Source of the DNA: Alloascoidea hylecoeti
Lineage: Eukaryota
Assembly: GCA_001600815.1 (NCBI GenBank)
Contig: BCKZ01000003.1
Coordinates: forward strand, 438,581 to 502,580
DNA length: 64,000 bases
Reading direction: 5' to 3'
Shown here: in pieces, positions 11,721 to 25,435 of the stretch
Position numbering within the stretch: position 1 is the stretch's first letter
How the letters are laid out: every line of letters starts with the position of its first letter
Program-made: the position numbers and the translations under genes
The notes under the pieces: model-generated
Told to the model about the DNA's origin: nothing
Databases searched by the model: none
Seen by the model: the letters and a program-made list of their open reading frames with translations, nothing else

Positions 11721-14700
11721 GTTAAACCTGTCTTTTTATTTAATAAATATAGTAAGTATTAGTTATTAAAGTATAAATATATGTTCAAATTCAGTGAAAT
11801 TTGATTGTAATTATATGAGTAAAAGCACTTGGAAATCCACTCTTTTATATATTTTTAAAAATGGTGTATACGCAGTCCTTCTTAATATTTTTCCATACAA
11901 TATTAAATCAGTTTAAACGGTATTACAATCATTTAACCCAAATTAAGAACTTGTTAACAACAAATTGTAACTTCTTTTGAAACGCTAGCTTATATAATTA
12001 TAAGGTGATAGATATGCATATATGCCTTTAAAATTTAAAAAATACCTAGAAGTTATGACTACTGCTATAGGCTAATACGATAGCTAAGACTCAGAGATGT
12101 TCGGCGGCTTCCTAATATTAATATGATTTAGGAAGTTAGGATAATGATTCATGCAGGTTTAATGAAATATAGACATGACCCAATAGAAATAAAAATAGGA
12201 TATTGCAACTATTCCCTGCATAAGTTCATATAAATCGGATGCTTTTCACTTCCGAATATACGCCGTGCGAAACTACTAATATTAACAGTAACTAACTGAT
12301 ATATCGATGTATTAATAATATAATATATTATATACTCTTATAAAGTAACTAATTTTTCATTTGTAATATCCTATATGTTCTTGTTCATTTTCATTTTTTC
12401 CTTGTTCTTTTTAATCGTAATTGCTCGCATTAAATCATAGCTAGCGATGTTAATATTATTGTATACGTAATCGTGTAGTTTTATCACTTGTATTTAAGTT
12501 GTACATGTATACCATAACGTTAACTTATAAGTTATAGCTATAGCTAATATGTTACTTTTCACATATTTATTAGCCACTTATAAGTTTCTTTTGCATCTAG
12601 ATCTTATATTGATTTTGAGCTTCTACAACTGAAATATAATTAAATTATAGTTAGTAAAGTGGCAGGCGATCAGGACGATATCCATGGTCAATAGCATATA
12701 ATCAATCAATTTTATAAAGTTAATTATACTGTGAATAAATTTATGGTGATACTTTTTAAATAACTGGCGACGGATATAGTTATAGACTTATAGTACGTAT
12801 ACTATATATTATAATTATAAGAATTATATAATAGCTGGATAAATCTTCATCATATACATACGCGTACGGGGTATGGACTATGGAGCAATCTATACATATG
12901 TCATGTTTATATTATTTAGTCAATTGCAAGGCTACTTTGAAACCTCTCTAAATATATGTGCGTATCTACCTATATAGGCCTATATATTTTAAGTTGGCCA
13001 AAAGATATACACCAATACATCTGTAACCAATATATAGGTCTATAGCCTAGCATTTGAATTCTACAAATAATAAAATAATTAAAATAGGATTGTTGATCCG
13101 TTAAAATCAAACATTTTTCCGAAATGAAATTGAAGCTTATAATTAAGGTATAAAGTTTTACAATATTATTTCTCTTAAAGAAACAAGGAATTAATACATA
13201 ATACATATTTATAAGAAGACTCAAAATAATGACTACTAAAATCTGAATCAAAACCTAGCCCTATTTAAGCTTGTGACTATAATGATAGTCGTATAATTTG
13301 TTTTATGCAAGTAATACGCATATGCATAAAACTTTTTATAAATAAATCACCATTCTAGATTTTTATTTCTTTAAACAACTCTGTTTTTCTGATAATTTCT
13401 ACTTCAATATATATAAATAGTTTCAGCTGAGATAACGAGACCTGATATAAGACTTTTATGCCTTCTGGTTTAATTTTATTATTATCCATATATCGACATC
13501 GTAGCTAGCTATAGCGCTCATTTATTTGCTTTCTATATTCATTCTTATTGATTTTATTTCACTCCATGATTAAGTTTATAATTTATTAATCATATTCTGC
13601 TGTTTAATCTATTTTAATTAATTGCATGTAGCATCGATAAATTTAAAATTAATTATGCAATTAGTTTAAGAAGTTAACTCTCATTTCGGGAATATATCGC
13701 TGGCCGTGAACAACCATATATAAATGACAATCATTATTGTACAGATTTTATAATAAATATTGTAGGAAATATTAATAGACTACTAGTACCGGGTATAGTC
13801 ATCTCTAGATCTAAATCTAGCATATCATGATTATTCACGATATACGCACATGGGAATCATTATAGATATCTAAAGGCTACATAGCTTATTTTGTATATAC
13901 TATATATATAGACAGGCATTCTTTACCCGGTATATAATTAATTGTAAAGAAACAGAATGGAATCATTGCAATTGGAATGTGATATACATAGATAGCTGTT
14001 ATAACTATATAGGTGATAAAGTTTATAATCATATAAAATATGATAGCTACATGTATAGTCATACTTATAATTATACATTAAGATTTTTATATGTAGTAAT
14101 TATAACATGTTGCTGCTTAACTTTACAACGTTAGTCAAATAATATTTCGAAATATAGCTACTACATGTATAAAGTTTATAGCAAATATCGTGAGTAAATG
14201 TACCACCGTTAAGTGTTTGGAAGTACTAGCTCAAGCTATAAACTTATATGCTATTTAATATATTGTTGTATGATATTATTATATAATTATCGCACTTATA
14301 ACATAGCTAATAGCTATGGATTCAGGATCGGGAGTATAAAAGAAAATATGTTATTCAATTATTCTATTGATTTATACTAGCAAATGAAATCCCAATACTA
14401 TGATATTTTAGCGAGCGAGTTCCACTTGTATATACTGTCTAAACATCGATCAGCTAACCTCGAATCGTGATACCTGTTGCAATCAACAGCTTGTGGAGTA
14501 AGCTCAAGGAGTAATAGTTATCAATTGATTAAGCTCAACCCTTCAGGATTCATAAATATACACAGAAATCACGCTATCAATAGCTAAGACTCGATATCTG
14601 TATACGCATGTTTCGTTATCTTCCCTGAAGCACAAACTTTATAATTACAGATTTTGAGGACTTACTTTCCCTATAATACAGTTCCAGTCCATCCGATATA

Positions 14701-15217
14701 TCATACGCCTTTAGATTTTATTAGCTTCTTAGGGATCTTTTGATCTATTCCCTATTAATAGTTTTGTTATAATTATTTAGCAATAGTCTAGACAAAATAG
14801 AGTGTCGCTTGCTGATCAGGAAAGAACCAGCCAAAGTAATATGCTTATTGAGCACCTATTCACCCTCAGATGTCTCTGACCAAATTACCCAAAGTGTTGA
14901 ACCAGACTCGACGCCGCCACAAAAAGAACTTGGATATGCAATCTTAATACCTTGCCTCTTAATATATATATTCTTTGCCAATTCATCATTTTATACGGGT
15001 TACTTACCATTGATGGAACAGCTTCTATTACCTTTTTAGAATATTGATTGGTGGTATGGGGGGTAATGGTTTGAATTGCTTCACATATATTATCAACTGT
15101 GACATTATATCTTTAAGACCTGTAAGCTCAGCTACATTGATACAACCAATAACACTATAATATTATATTGCCATTCATTGTACTTCTATTATATCAAAGG
15201 TAGCTATATATTATAAC

Positions 15218-16115
15218 TTATTTACTACATGTGGTATATGTGCAATATCTGGCCATTACATTTTCAGTAGCACAATTCTGAATTCCAAACGTAAACCATT
15301 CATGTCCTAAGGCTTCTTTGGCTGTTATTCTTTTGCATGGGTCAATGATAAGTAATTGTCTTAGAAAATCCTCCATTGAATCTAAAAGTATAATTGAAGA
15401 TTGATACTTCATTAATGATGATGATCCGATTTAGTAAAATATTTCATTTAAAGTCTTTGTCGCCCATATTCGTCGCTTGAACTTCAATGATATATCTTTA
15501 GTAGGGAATTCAAGCCCATATTTAAGAGTAGGTATTGTTCCGGTTGGATCATAATCAATATTAGAATCCTGCGAAATCTCTGGATTCATCTGCATCGCCT
15601 TTAGGATCAAGTTGTTGTCTATTTTGGTTGACAATTGTTTTTACATCATAGCCAAATGGAGTGCATCTTTACCTTTATGAATATCAAATGGATATTCACT
15701 AGTCATTAATTCATACATGATACATCCAATAGACCACATATCGTCAGGATATGACCATCCTGTGCCAAATATATCTTCGGGAGATTTGTTGAAAATGGAA
15801 GATGCACCCTGAGGACGTTCTTCATTTTCAAATACGGCCTGGTCAAAATCGATAAGAGTTAGTGATGAATCAGCAAGAATTTTTTGTTTACTGCATGCAC
15901 ATCCATTTTCTTGTACAATAATTGATTTGGAGTTCTTCAATAAAATGCTCTCTAAATTAAGATTATTATGGATAATACCCATATCATGAACAAATGCGAT
16001 GGAATGGATCATTTGTTTCATGATAGACTGAACCTCTGGGAGACTAAATACTGGAGTCGTTAACAAGAAAATATTCATCCAAAGTTTTTCTCATATACCC
16101 ATACAATGAATCTTC
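15218..16115 (-). pseudogene. Degenerate LAMMER (Kns1/CLK-like) protein kinase pseudogene
   Basis: Three track ORFs lie in one frame, separated by TAA at 15641-15643 and 15431-15433. HLAMM* is the LAMMER remnant; GWSYPDDMWSIGCI and DPCKRITAKEALGHEWF are retained; the catalytic loop reads HNNLNLES and DFG reads DFD. Confidence 0.85.
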
Positions 16116-17786
16116 CCTCAATAATTCTATCACAATGCAGATATATATATAAAAAGAGCCATAGAAGTTTTATCTTCATCTTTTATAAATATCTATGTGC
16201 AATTGCTTAAACTTATAATTACAAGCCATTTGTTTAGATTTGGAATAATCATTGTTATTGATCATATAAATATTAAATATTAATATAACTAAGCGGATTA
16301 GAGTGTTATTTTAGAGAAATATTGGTGATGATCAAAGTGTTAGGTTTTTAAAAAGATACTAAATAAATTGATGTTAGGGAAATTAATTAGTGTGGTATTA
16401 GAGTTCTTACACTTGATTTCGCCCACGTGGTAGATGATATTTTCGGCAGAGACGAATTAAGAGGAAAAGAGTATCGCAAACACAAACACACACTAAAAGA
16501 GAGAATAGAGAAGAAGAAATTCTAATTGGGCTTGAAACCAGTTGGAATTGGGCCTGAGAGCGAAGCTATATCACAGGGACTAACGATCCTCATCCCAAAA
16601 AGGAAATAAGGGGGTTGCGAAGTCGAATTTAGTAATAGTGCGCTTGTTTCGGTAAGATTGTAAGAAATATTTTTTGGTGTCAAAATTATAACTTAATTCG
16701 CTTGATAACATAAACTTAATTGGTATAACATAAATATAAATATACATGTAAGTAGGTTACTTCGCGATTCTATATTTCAGAACAACCATGAATATACAGA
16801 ATGAACTAGTTTTGTACTAAATTGAAAGGTTAAAGCTCACGAATATCAATATTCAGATTCTTTGAGAATGTCTAGGTTCTTCTAGAAATCCATCTTAAAA
16901 AATTTGATTCTAAATTTAAATATCTAGATCTGAATAACAGTGACTATTCCAAGCTATTACATAACTGCAAAGTGACCAGTGAATGGTATCGTGGTAAATT
17001 TCGGCTGAGTTCAACGTCCAATAGCTAGTTATTGGGTTAATTGTAATATCAATAGGTTCAAATTATAAATAGCTTGTTACATGTATTGTCATAGCCTCAC
17101 GATCATGAACCAAGAATGAGGGTCCAATATTATAATATTTTATTTGACCTTCCATAGTCTTGATAATGAGTATTTTTAGAAGCTTTTTAATTCGTTATGA
17201 CGCGACAGAAGAATTATGTAACATCAATCTCTTTGTTTCCCATTTGAGAATAACATAATATTATTAACGTACTAGTCATGCAATTGAGTTCAGTTGATAT
17301 ACTCAATTCTTTTATAAATTACTTAAATTAGTTAAAGATTTTCAAAATATGGTACGCGACATATTATTAATGAAATCTAAAGTATAGATAAAGTAATAAA
17401 AAAACCAACCCGCACGCGTTATCAATATTAGTTTTGACTTTCAAAAGAGTTGAATCCTAGATCAATTAGTTTCATTCATATATGCAATTGTAAAATTATA
17501 AAGTATTTTGTAAGGTTTTTATTTACTTCAACTTTATATATAGATTTATGCTAAAATATATTTTATATATCGAGCGGAAAAATAAGATATGATGATCATC
17601 AATCAGGTTTAAGTCAATTAACTATTTATGTCATTGAATTGCAATTAAATAATAAAAATAAACATGAATACCAATTGCAATTGCAAGACTAGTCTAGTTG
17701 TGTTTTTGTTGTAGCCATCGTTTTATTATTGTATATATCACATAGCTAATAATTATTTATATTTATTTTGTGAATGTATGCATAAA

Positions 17787-17830
17787 AACAAACAAACAAA
17801 CAAACAAAGAAAGAAAGAAAGAAAGAAACA
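17787..17830. repeat. Compound (AAAC)n(AAAG)n microsatellite
   Basis: Seen directly in the sequence. Confidence 0.85.
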
Positions 17831-18475
17831 AAATTTAAACAAATAATGAGAAAAAAAGCAAAATAACAAGTAAATAAACGAACAAACAAATAAATAATTA
17901 TAAATAACTTAAATACAATTTAAAATTAAAATTTCTTTTTTCATTCTCTTTTACAATTGATTGATTAATTAAAAGCTAAAAGAAAGCTAGAAGAAATAGA
18001 AATATGAATTGATCTTTGAAATTATAACTAGAAAACAAATGCATGGAACAAGATGAACAAAAAAAGACCACCCACAATCAACTTCAAAAAATACCTTATA
18101 TATATAGGGAGTATATAATTTGTAAATAATAGTATAATGAAACAAACAATTGCATATTCGAACTCAAAATGTGTAAAAGTGTAGGGAAAGGGAAAGGTCA
18201 AAAAAGAAGTAATAAAAAGTATAAAGATGAAGATGAAGATGAAGATGAAGAGGAGAATGAAAATGAGGGTAAGAGATACTTGCTTTTTAATTGAATCTTC
18301 CTTTTTTTTTGATTTGGTTGATTGTAATTATTTGCTTTTTTAATGCAATTGTTCGTTTGTTAGTTTGTTTTTGTTTTATTATTTGTTTAATGATTCAAAT
18401 GCTACTATAAAAAGTTCATTATTTAATATAAAGAAGAATAAAAAAAAATTATTATAGAATTTATTTCTTTTTTCT

Positions 18476-19999
18476 TTATCGCCATATTTTAATTGTAGAA
18501 TCAACACTACCAGTAGCAACAACACATTGAATTCTCCGTATTTCATCATCATTTAAATCATTTTCATTATTATTAATTTTATTATTATTATTATTATTAT
18601 TACCATTTTTTAAAACTCCATTGATATTATTATTGCTATTTCCATTTCCATTACTCTGTATACCATTTAATAATTTTTCATTTGTTGAATTTGAATTTGT
18701 TGTTGAAGGTTTTAAATTAACCCATTTTATACAAGTTATAAATCTTTCATGAGCATCATCAATTGTTCGTATACATCTACCGCCTTGATTTAAATCCCAA
18801 CATTTTATTGATTTATCATCAGAACATGATAAAATATATTGACCAGATGGATGAAAAGTTATACCTCTAATCCATGATGCATGACCTTTTAAAGTTAAGA
18901 TACAAATTCCTTGAAAAGAAGATAATCTTGAAGCTTGTGATGGAGTTGGTAAATACCAAATTTTTAAATCGTTATCACGAGAACCAGTAATTGCATATTT
19001 ATAAGGTAATAATATATTCGAATCAATTGTTGATGAATCATGAGGTATTAAAGAAGAAGCAATTTTATCAAGATAAGACCAAGAATTTAAAGGTATAAAA
19101 GAACAAGTTTCAATAACATGAGTGTGACCAAGTAATGCAATTAAACCATTACCAGAATTAATATGAGAAACTCTTGCAGATTGATCGTTTGAACATGATA
19201 ATACATATTGACCATTTGGAGATGGATCAATACATCTAACCCAATCACTATGACCAATGAAAGATTTTAAACACCAACCTGATTGAAAATCCCAAACTCT
19301 TATTGATTTATCTCTTGAACAAGAAATTAATTGTAAAGGTTGAGAATTAGGTATAAATTTAACACATGATATAGTATGATCATGACCCATTAAAGTTCTT
19401 ATATTATTAAAATCCGAATCCCAAATTTTAATATATAAATCAGAAGAACAAGTTGCTAATAAATAAGAATTTGTTGATTGTTCAATAATTGGGGAAAAAT
19501 CAATTGAAGTAATTGATTTTGTATGAGCTTTTATAGTTTTTTCTAAATCAGATAATTCCCAATCCCACACTTTAAAAGTTCCATCTTCACAAGCAGATAC
19601 AAATATAGAATAAATTGGATGGAAAGCAATTGCAGTTACAGGAGCTCTATGACCAAGCAATGAAGAATTGTGTGCTTTTGAAGGTAGCCAGGTAAGGGCT
19701 GATTTAGGAGTTGATAACATTGAAGTAGGACTTGATTCTATGACATCGGATAGTTGGGACACTTTTGCTTCCAAATCAATGATTTTTTTCTGCAATCTAA
19801 CTATTGAAGACCATTTACGTTCCAAAATGTTTTTATTATGAGATTTGTCGGGCTCGAGTGAGTCAGCTTGTTTGGGAGTATTGAGATGATGGCACAGATC
19901 GTCTAGCAGATCGGGAGGGACTCTGTCCTGAAGATAGGCCACGATGGCCGAATGCAGGTCATTTCGCTGTGAGGAGGAGAGAAGAGAGATTCTGGACAT
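18476..19999 (-). CDS. PAC1: LIS1/NudF dynein regulator (LisH, coiled coil, WD40), 507 aa
   Basis: Likely start [23 protein letters not shown] at 19999; [19 protein letters not shown] coiled coil; multiple GH...WD repeats. Confidence 0.93.
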   Translation of the reverse strand: MSRISLLSSSQRNDLHSAIVAYLQDRVPPDLLDDLCHHLNTPKQADSLEPDKSHNKNILERKWSSIVRLQKKIIDLEAKVSQLSDVIESSPTSMLSTPKSALTWLPSKAHNSSLLGHRAPVTAIAFHPIYSIFVSACEDGTFKVWDWELSDLEKTIKAHTKSITSIDFSPIIEQSTNSYLLATCSSDLYIKIWDSDFNNIRTLMGHDHTISCVKFIPNSQPLQLISCSRDKSIRVWDFQSGWCLKSFIGHSDWVRCIDPSPNGQYVLSCSNDQSARVSHINSGNGLIALLGHTHVIETCSFIPLNSWSYLDKIASSLIPHDSSTIDSNILLPYKYAITGSRDNDLKIWYLPTPSQASRLSSFQGICILTLKGHASWIRGITFHPSGQYILSCSDDKSIKCWDLNQGGRCIRTIDDAHERFITCIKWVNLKPSTTNSNSTNEKLLNGIQSNGNGNSNNNINGVLKNGNNNNNNNKINNNENDLNDDEIRRIQCVVATGSVDSTIKIWR

Positions 20000-20226
20000 T
20001 TTGGCGGTTTTGTGGGAAGCGGATTTGCCCAAAGTGTGGGTGTGGCCGGGGGTGTGTGGGTGTATGCACCCGGCTCCAAACGGACGTGGGATCTGCATGC
20101 GGCTGCGGCTGTGCATGTGCAATGATAATTATTGATATTTGCATTGCTAGCTCTCCCGCTGCTATATATAGTGTTCGAAGTCTCTTTCTTTTCCATCCAG
20201 TTCCTCCCCATATCTCAATTAGCACT

Positions 20227-22407
20227 ATGGTCTTCCTGTCCTCCCGCAGAAGGTCCGACAAGCTCTCCCAGCAGGCCGCCTCTCCCAGCCCAGCCGACCC
20301 ACACGCCCGGATGGCCCCCCGGATGGCCCCCCGGACAGACCCCCGGACAGACCCGCGAACCGACTCCCGAACCGACTCCCGAAACCCCCGTTCCGCACCC
20401 GCACCCGCACCCCTACAGCTTCGCGAGAGACACTCCACCCCGGCCCTGGGCTGCGGAGCCCCTAGCCCCCACTTCCCGCCCCCCGCCCTCGCCGTCCCCC
20501 AGCGAGCCCACCAGTCCCCAGCCTCCTCCTTCTCGTCGCAGTCGTTCCTGGAGTTCAGACGCTTTTTCAGACCTTCGCGGAAACCATCCAACGACTCTCC
20601 TAAACTGGAGAAGAAGCGATCCTCTTTGTTCCAACGTAGCAAACACTCGCACTCTCAATCGTCGCTTTCAATGCAGCAGCTTCAGCAGCAGTCCCAACCT
20701 CCTAAAAATATCAGAAATGCAAGATCATGTCAGTATCTAAACATGTATAACTCAAATTATAATTATAGCAACGTCAATAGGAAATCATCAAATACTCAGA
20801 ATTATAGTTATAACGTTCATACTCATACACATGAGTCAATTATCTCGTCTCCGCAATCAATTCAATTTCCCGAATCTCCAATATCAACAAATTATACTTC
20901 AACAACTGTTGCTAGTAGTACTTTATCGTCAAATTATTTCCCCCCTTCAAATTCAATGCATATGCCAAAATGTTCAGCTTATCCAAATTTTAAAAATAAA
21001 CTTTTGCCATGTTCTGAAGATATGACCCTTGAAACAACATCAATTCATTCAACTTTAGAATCAAAATATGGTAAAATTGGTAAATTATTAGGTTCAGGTG
21101 CCGGTGGTTCAGTATCTTTAATAACCCGTCAAATTGATAATAAAATGTTTGCCGTTAAACAATTTAGATCAAAACATGAACATGAATTAGAAAGTGATTA
21201 TTTGAAAAAAATTTCTTCTGAATTTTATATTGCATCAACAATTCATCATCCAAATATAATTGAAACATTAGATATAATTAATGAAAATTTCAAATTTTAT
21301 CAAATTATGGAATATTGTCCATTTGATTTTTTTGCAATTGTAATGAGTGGTAAAATGTCAAGATTTGAAATTTGGTGTTGTTTTAAACAAATTATTAATG
21401 CAATTGATTTTTTACATGATAATGGTTTAGCCCATAGGGATTTAAAATTAGATAATTGTGTTATCACTTCAAATGGAATATTAAAATTAATTGATTTTGG
21501 TTCTGCTATTATATTTAAACAATCTTCATTTGATAATAAAAATTCAATTACTAATTATAATAGTAATACAAAAATTATAAAAGCAACTGGAATAGTTGGT
21601 TCTGATCCATATTTAGCACCAGAAGTTTTAAATGAAAATGAAAAATATGATCCACAACAAACTGATATATGGAGTATTGCAATTATATTTTGTTGTATGA
21701 CATTAAGAAGATTTCCATGGAAAGCTCCAAGACAATCAGATAATTCATTTAAATTATTTACATCAATACCATCAACATTAGAAGAAATTAAAGAAAATGA
21801 AGGAAAATCAATTAAAGGACCATATCGTTTATTACGTTTATTACCACATATTACAAGACCATTAATTTCAAAAATGTTAGAAATTAATCCAAATAATAGA
21901 GCTACATTAGAAACAATTAAAAATGATGAATGGTTTAAATCAATTTCAATGTGTACTGTTATAAATGGTATACATACACCTGCTATTGGTCATGAACATA
22001 CAACTGTTAATGAAGAAGATGCACATCTTGAAAGTTATAAAAGAAAAGAAGAAGAAAAAAAAATTTTAAAAAATAAACAATCACAATTAAATTTACAATC
22101 AAAAACTCAAACAAAAAGAAATCAGAATTCATCATCATCATCATCAAGTACAACATTACCATCTGCATCTCATCAAAAATCTCCAACTCAAACTCAAACT
22201 CAAAATTCGAATAAAGTGCAAACTCAAACTCAAAACCAAATTATGAATATTAATGAGCAACAACAGCAACAACAGCAACAACAAAAAGAAGCTCAAAATG
22301 AACAACAACATTCATTTGTTAAAGAAATTGTACCACATATTATTGAAGTACAAGAAACTGAAAGAGAAACTAATTATACGAAACAACAACAACAACAAAT
22401 AAACTAA
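20227..22407 (+). CDS. HRK1: Hrk1/Rtk1-type (NPR/HAL family) Ser/Thr kinase, 726 aa
   Basis: [56 protein letters not shown] and RRFPWKAP. First plausible ATG is 20227. Confidence 0.88.
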   Translation: MVFLSSRRRSDKLSQQAASPSPADPHARMAPRMAPRTDPRTDPRTDSRTDSRNPRSAPAPAPLQLRERHSTPALGCGAPSPHFPPPALAVPQRAHQSPASSFSSQSFLEFRRFFRPSRKPSNDSPKLEKKRSSLFQRSKHSHSQSSLSMQQLQQQSQPPKNIRNARSCQYLNMYNSNYNYSNVNRKSSNTQNYSYNVHTHTHESIISSPQSIQFPESPISTNYTSTTVASSTLSSNYFPPSNSMHMPKCSAYPNFKNKLLPCSEDMTLETTSIHSTLESKYGKIGKLLGSGAGGSVSLITRQIDNKMFAVKQFRSKHEHELESDYLKKISSEFYIASTIHHPNIIETLDIINENFKFYQIMEYCPFDFFAIVMSGKMSRFEIWCCFKQIINAIDFLHDNGLAHRDLKLDNCVITSNGILKLIDFGSAIIFKQSSFDNKNSITNYNSNTKIIKATGIVGSDPYLAPEVLNENEKYDPQQTDIWSIAIIFCCMTLRRFPWKAPRQSDNSFKLFTSIPSTLEEIKENEGKSIKGPYRLLRLLPHITRPLISKMLEINPNNRATLETIKNDEWFKSISMCTVINGIHTPAIGHEHTTVNEEDAHLESYKRKEEEKKILKNKQSQLNLQSKTQTKRNQNSSSSSSSTTLPSASHQKSPTQTQTQNSNKVQTQTQNQIMNINEQQQQQQQQQKEAQNEQQHSFVKEIVPHIIEVQETERETNYTKQQQQQIN
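20308..20385 (+). repeat. In-frame 12-bp GC-rich tandem repeat ([24 protein letters not shown])
   Basis: cggatggccccc x2, cggacagaccc(c/g) x2, cgaaccgactcc x2. Confidence 0.85.
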
Positions 22408-24100
22408 TGTTATTAAAATGATAAACAAATAGTTCTATGATGATGAGATTCCTAATTACACATTATAATTATACATTAATTTTACCATATTTATTCAAAA
22501 TTAGTACGTATATACTTTTGAAGTGGAAAACATACATATTTGCATCTTTTATTTTTATACTTTTTGTTCTGTTAATTTTTTTTTTTTTTTTTCATCTTTA
22601 TTCTTATAACTATAGTAACATTAATTTATCTCTCTTATAAACTTATCAACACTCATTTATCTTCATCTTTCTTTTAACTTTTTAACTTATGCATAATCAC
22701 TCACTCAATTATTAATTCTATTATTTTGAAGGGATTATATTCATTTCATGTTATTCATTTTTTTAAAATTCATTCATTTTATTTCAAGTTATATATACTT
22801 ATTTCATTTCATTTCATGTTACAATTTTATTCATTTCATTTTATAATGCCAATCAATTTCATGTTATTCATACAACTTTAATAACTAATTTTTTTTGTTT
22901 GAAAAACCATTACTATTATTATATACTATTAAAGTTCTTATATATTATATATTACATATCATATATATTATAAGTTTCTAAACACATTCATTACTTAAAT
23001 TATATAGAAAGTTTTTTTTTTATGTATAAAATTTTATATAGTAAATTAATTTTTCATTTTATGTGTCATATGATAGCAATTAAACTCTAAATTTTTATAT
23101 GAATTTTAATGTACGGCTGAGAATAATAGAAGGGATTGGAAATTCAAGGGTTTTCATGTTGATTTAATTGTTAAATTAAATTATTACTAAACACATCCTT
23201 GATGTAATTCTCATTGTGAATCAAGAATTAGTTCCAGAAGAAGGATTTTAATTTGTTACTTTTATCATTTCATGTGAAAACTATGTCAAATATAGATTCA
23301 TTACAAACCATTGAAAGATTGAAACCAATCATAAATGTCGAATAATTCTCCTATCATCAATTCTGTCCCACGTCATTCCACTTATTTTCGGCGACACGGT
23401 GGGGCTGGCGGTAAATGTTCCGGCTCATTGCAGATTACCCAGCCACCAATGGTACCCACCTCCCGCTAACATTGTAGCAAAAAGGTTAAGTATTCGATAT
23501 ATCAATGCATTTAACTAGAATTACTTTTTAAATATTTAGAAGTAAATTCACTAATGTGGCAGTAGATAATGTAATACTGCTCAATTGGGATATATTTAAC
23601 TCCACTTCTGTCTTTCAAACGGCTGTTCCAAGATCCATTTGGTAATCATCTGAATTTATCTCCACGGTGCGAACAAAGAACTCACTGTTATTTTGATCAA
23701 AAAAGGTTCCCATCTTCATCTCCGTATATTTGTTATAAAAGGATTCTGGAGTATAAACAGCAAAAATCTAGTGCAACAGATACCCGAGAGATTTTGATCT
23801 AAAGTTCCGGAAATAACTCCATAAAATCAACAAAACAAAATCACTTTTGCTAGAGTAATATTTAACTTAAGTGAGAAATAAGCGTTGTGTGTCTGAGTTA
23901 AAAGGACAATTGTTTACGATTATAAAAAGTATATTATTAGTGATTGAGAGATAGAGCTTACAAGTTATCTACACTTTCTCATATACATGTAGTACATGTA
24001 AAAAGAATCATTATCTGGAAAGTTACTAACTTATGATTAGTTCATATTTAATATTAAGCGATATCCGCTTATCTTTACGACATTAAGTTGTTAAAATCGA

Positions 24101-25435
24101 TCATAACTTATTTCGGAAATGTGGTACCAGTAGATCTGCTGTTTCTCTGTCAATATTATGCTTATTTCGTATATGTTTATATAATCGACTGGTTGCACCT
24201 CCACCTATATTTAATGAACCAATGACATGTGAACAGCCTTCAACTCGGCAATGGCCTTCTTTCTTTTCCTCGTCATAATTGTAAAAAAACCAACTAGAAC
24301 TTGATAGATTAGCAGTGTTAACATTCATACTAGGGTACCTAGGCTTTAGTGTTGGAATAGTTATACTGTCCAATGTACGTTTTTCTCCTGAGTCATTTGT
24401 TATCATTTTCTTGGGTGATTTAGCCTTATCATTATTCAAAGGGGATGGTTTAACCTTATCGTTATTCAAAGTGGGTGGCAACGATAAATACCGTTCAAGC
24501 AGCTTGAACTGATTAGTATCAACAAGTTTCAGAGAGCAATCACATTTAGAAATCATGTTCATAACAAGTTTATGAATTTTTTTCTGAGGAGTAATAGAAG
24601 GTGCTCTCTTGAAATAATTAACAATTGTTGGTTGAGTTTCGGATGATGATATATTTTGGAAATGTGATACTAATTCATCTGCTGCTTCTTTTTCAATATT
24701 ATGCTTAATTCGTAGATGTTTATATAATCGACTGGTTGCACCTCCACCTGTATTTATTGTACCGATGACATGTGTACAGCCTTCAATTCGGCAACGGCCT
24801 TCTTTCGTTTCATTGTCATAATTGTAAAAAAACCAACTAGAACTTGATAGATTAGTGGTGCTCAAAGTAGAGTCCCTAGGCTTTAGTGTTGGTATGATTA
24901 ATGTATGTTTTTCTCCCGAGTCACTCACTGCGGTTTCGTCGGATGATTTATCCTTAACGTTATCCAAAGGGGGTGACGACAATAGATATCGAATAAGCTT
25001 TTTGAACTCTTTAGTATTAACCAGATTCGAGGAACAAGTACATTTATCGATAATATTCATAACAAGGTCATAAATTTTTAGCTGAGGAGTAGGAGGAATT
25101 GTCTTAGGTCTCTTGAAAGAGTTACCGTTGATTGATTCAGTTCCAGATATACTTTGGAAATATGATACCAGTTCATCTGCTGCTACTCTGTCAATATTAT
25201 GCTTAGTTCGCAGATGTTTAAATAATCGAGTGGTTGCACCTCCACCTGAATTTAATGAAGCCATGACAAGTGGACACCCTTCAATTCGGCAATGACCTTC
25301 TTTCTTTTCATAATCATAATTGAAAAAAAACCAACTAGAACTTGATAAATTAGTGGTGTTCATAGTTAGGTCTCTAGACTTTAATGTTGGTATGTTTATA
25401 CCGTCTAATGTATGTTTTTCTCCGATGCCACTCAT
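24101..25435 (-). CDS. Triple BED zinc-finger protein derived from a hAT transposase N-terminus; no catalytic domain
   Basis: Three repeats of SSWFF.NYD...EG.CR.EGC...GGGAT.RL.KH.R.KH. The first two are each followed by an LVMN.I.KC.CS..LV.T..FK.L.RYL block resembling the hAT post-BED dimerisation helices. Confidence 0.8.
   Translation of the reverse strand: MSGIGEKHTLDGINIPTLKSRDLTMNTTNLSSSSWFFFNYDYEKKEGHCRIEGCPLVMASLNSGGGATTRLFKHLRTKHNIDRVAADELVSYFQSISGTESINGNSFKRPKTIPPTPQLKIYDLVMNIIDKCTCSSNLVNTKEFKKLIRYLLSSPPLDNVKDKSSDETAVSDSGEKHTLIIPTLKPRDSTLSTTNLSSSSWFFYNYDNETKEGRCRIEGCTHVIGTINTGGGATSRLYKHLRIKHNIEKEAADELVSHFQNISSSETQPTIVNYFKRAPSITPQKKIHKLVMNMISKCDCSLKLVDTNQFKLLERYLSLPPTLNNDKVKPSPLNNDKAKSPKKMITNDSGEKRTLDSITIPTLKPRYPSMNVNTANLSSSSWFFYNYDEEKKEGHCRVEGCSHVIGSLNIGGGATSRLYKHIRNKHNIDRETADLLVPHFRNKL

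Noticed and set aside
15431..15643. Stop-codon reassignment or readthrough to explain in-frame TAA codons
   Set aside because: TAA terminates most intact genes in the window and the kinase has also lost catalytic residues.
19903..20740. Several overlapping ORFs (227, 202, 102, 81 aa) and long N-terminal extensions of PAC1 and HRK1
   Set aside because: Expected from the scarcity of stop codons in the GC island; the extensions would overlap each other and show no recognisable motifs.
23520..23765. Coding-like minus-strand stretch (AVYTPESFYNKYTEMKMG...)
   Set aside because: Short, interrupted by a stop, and no family recognised.
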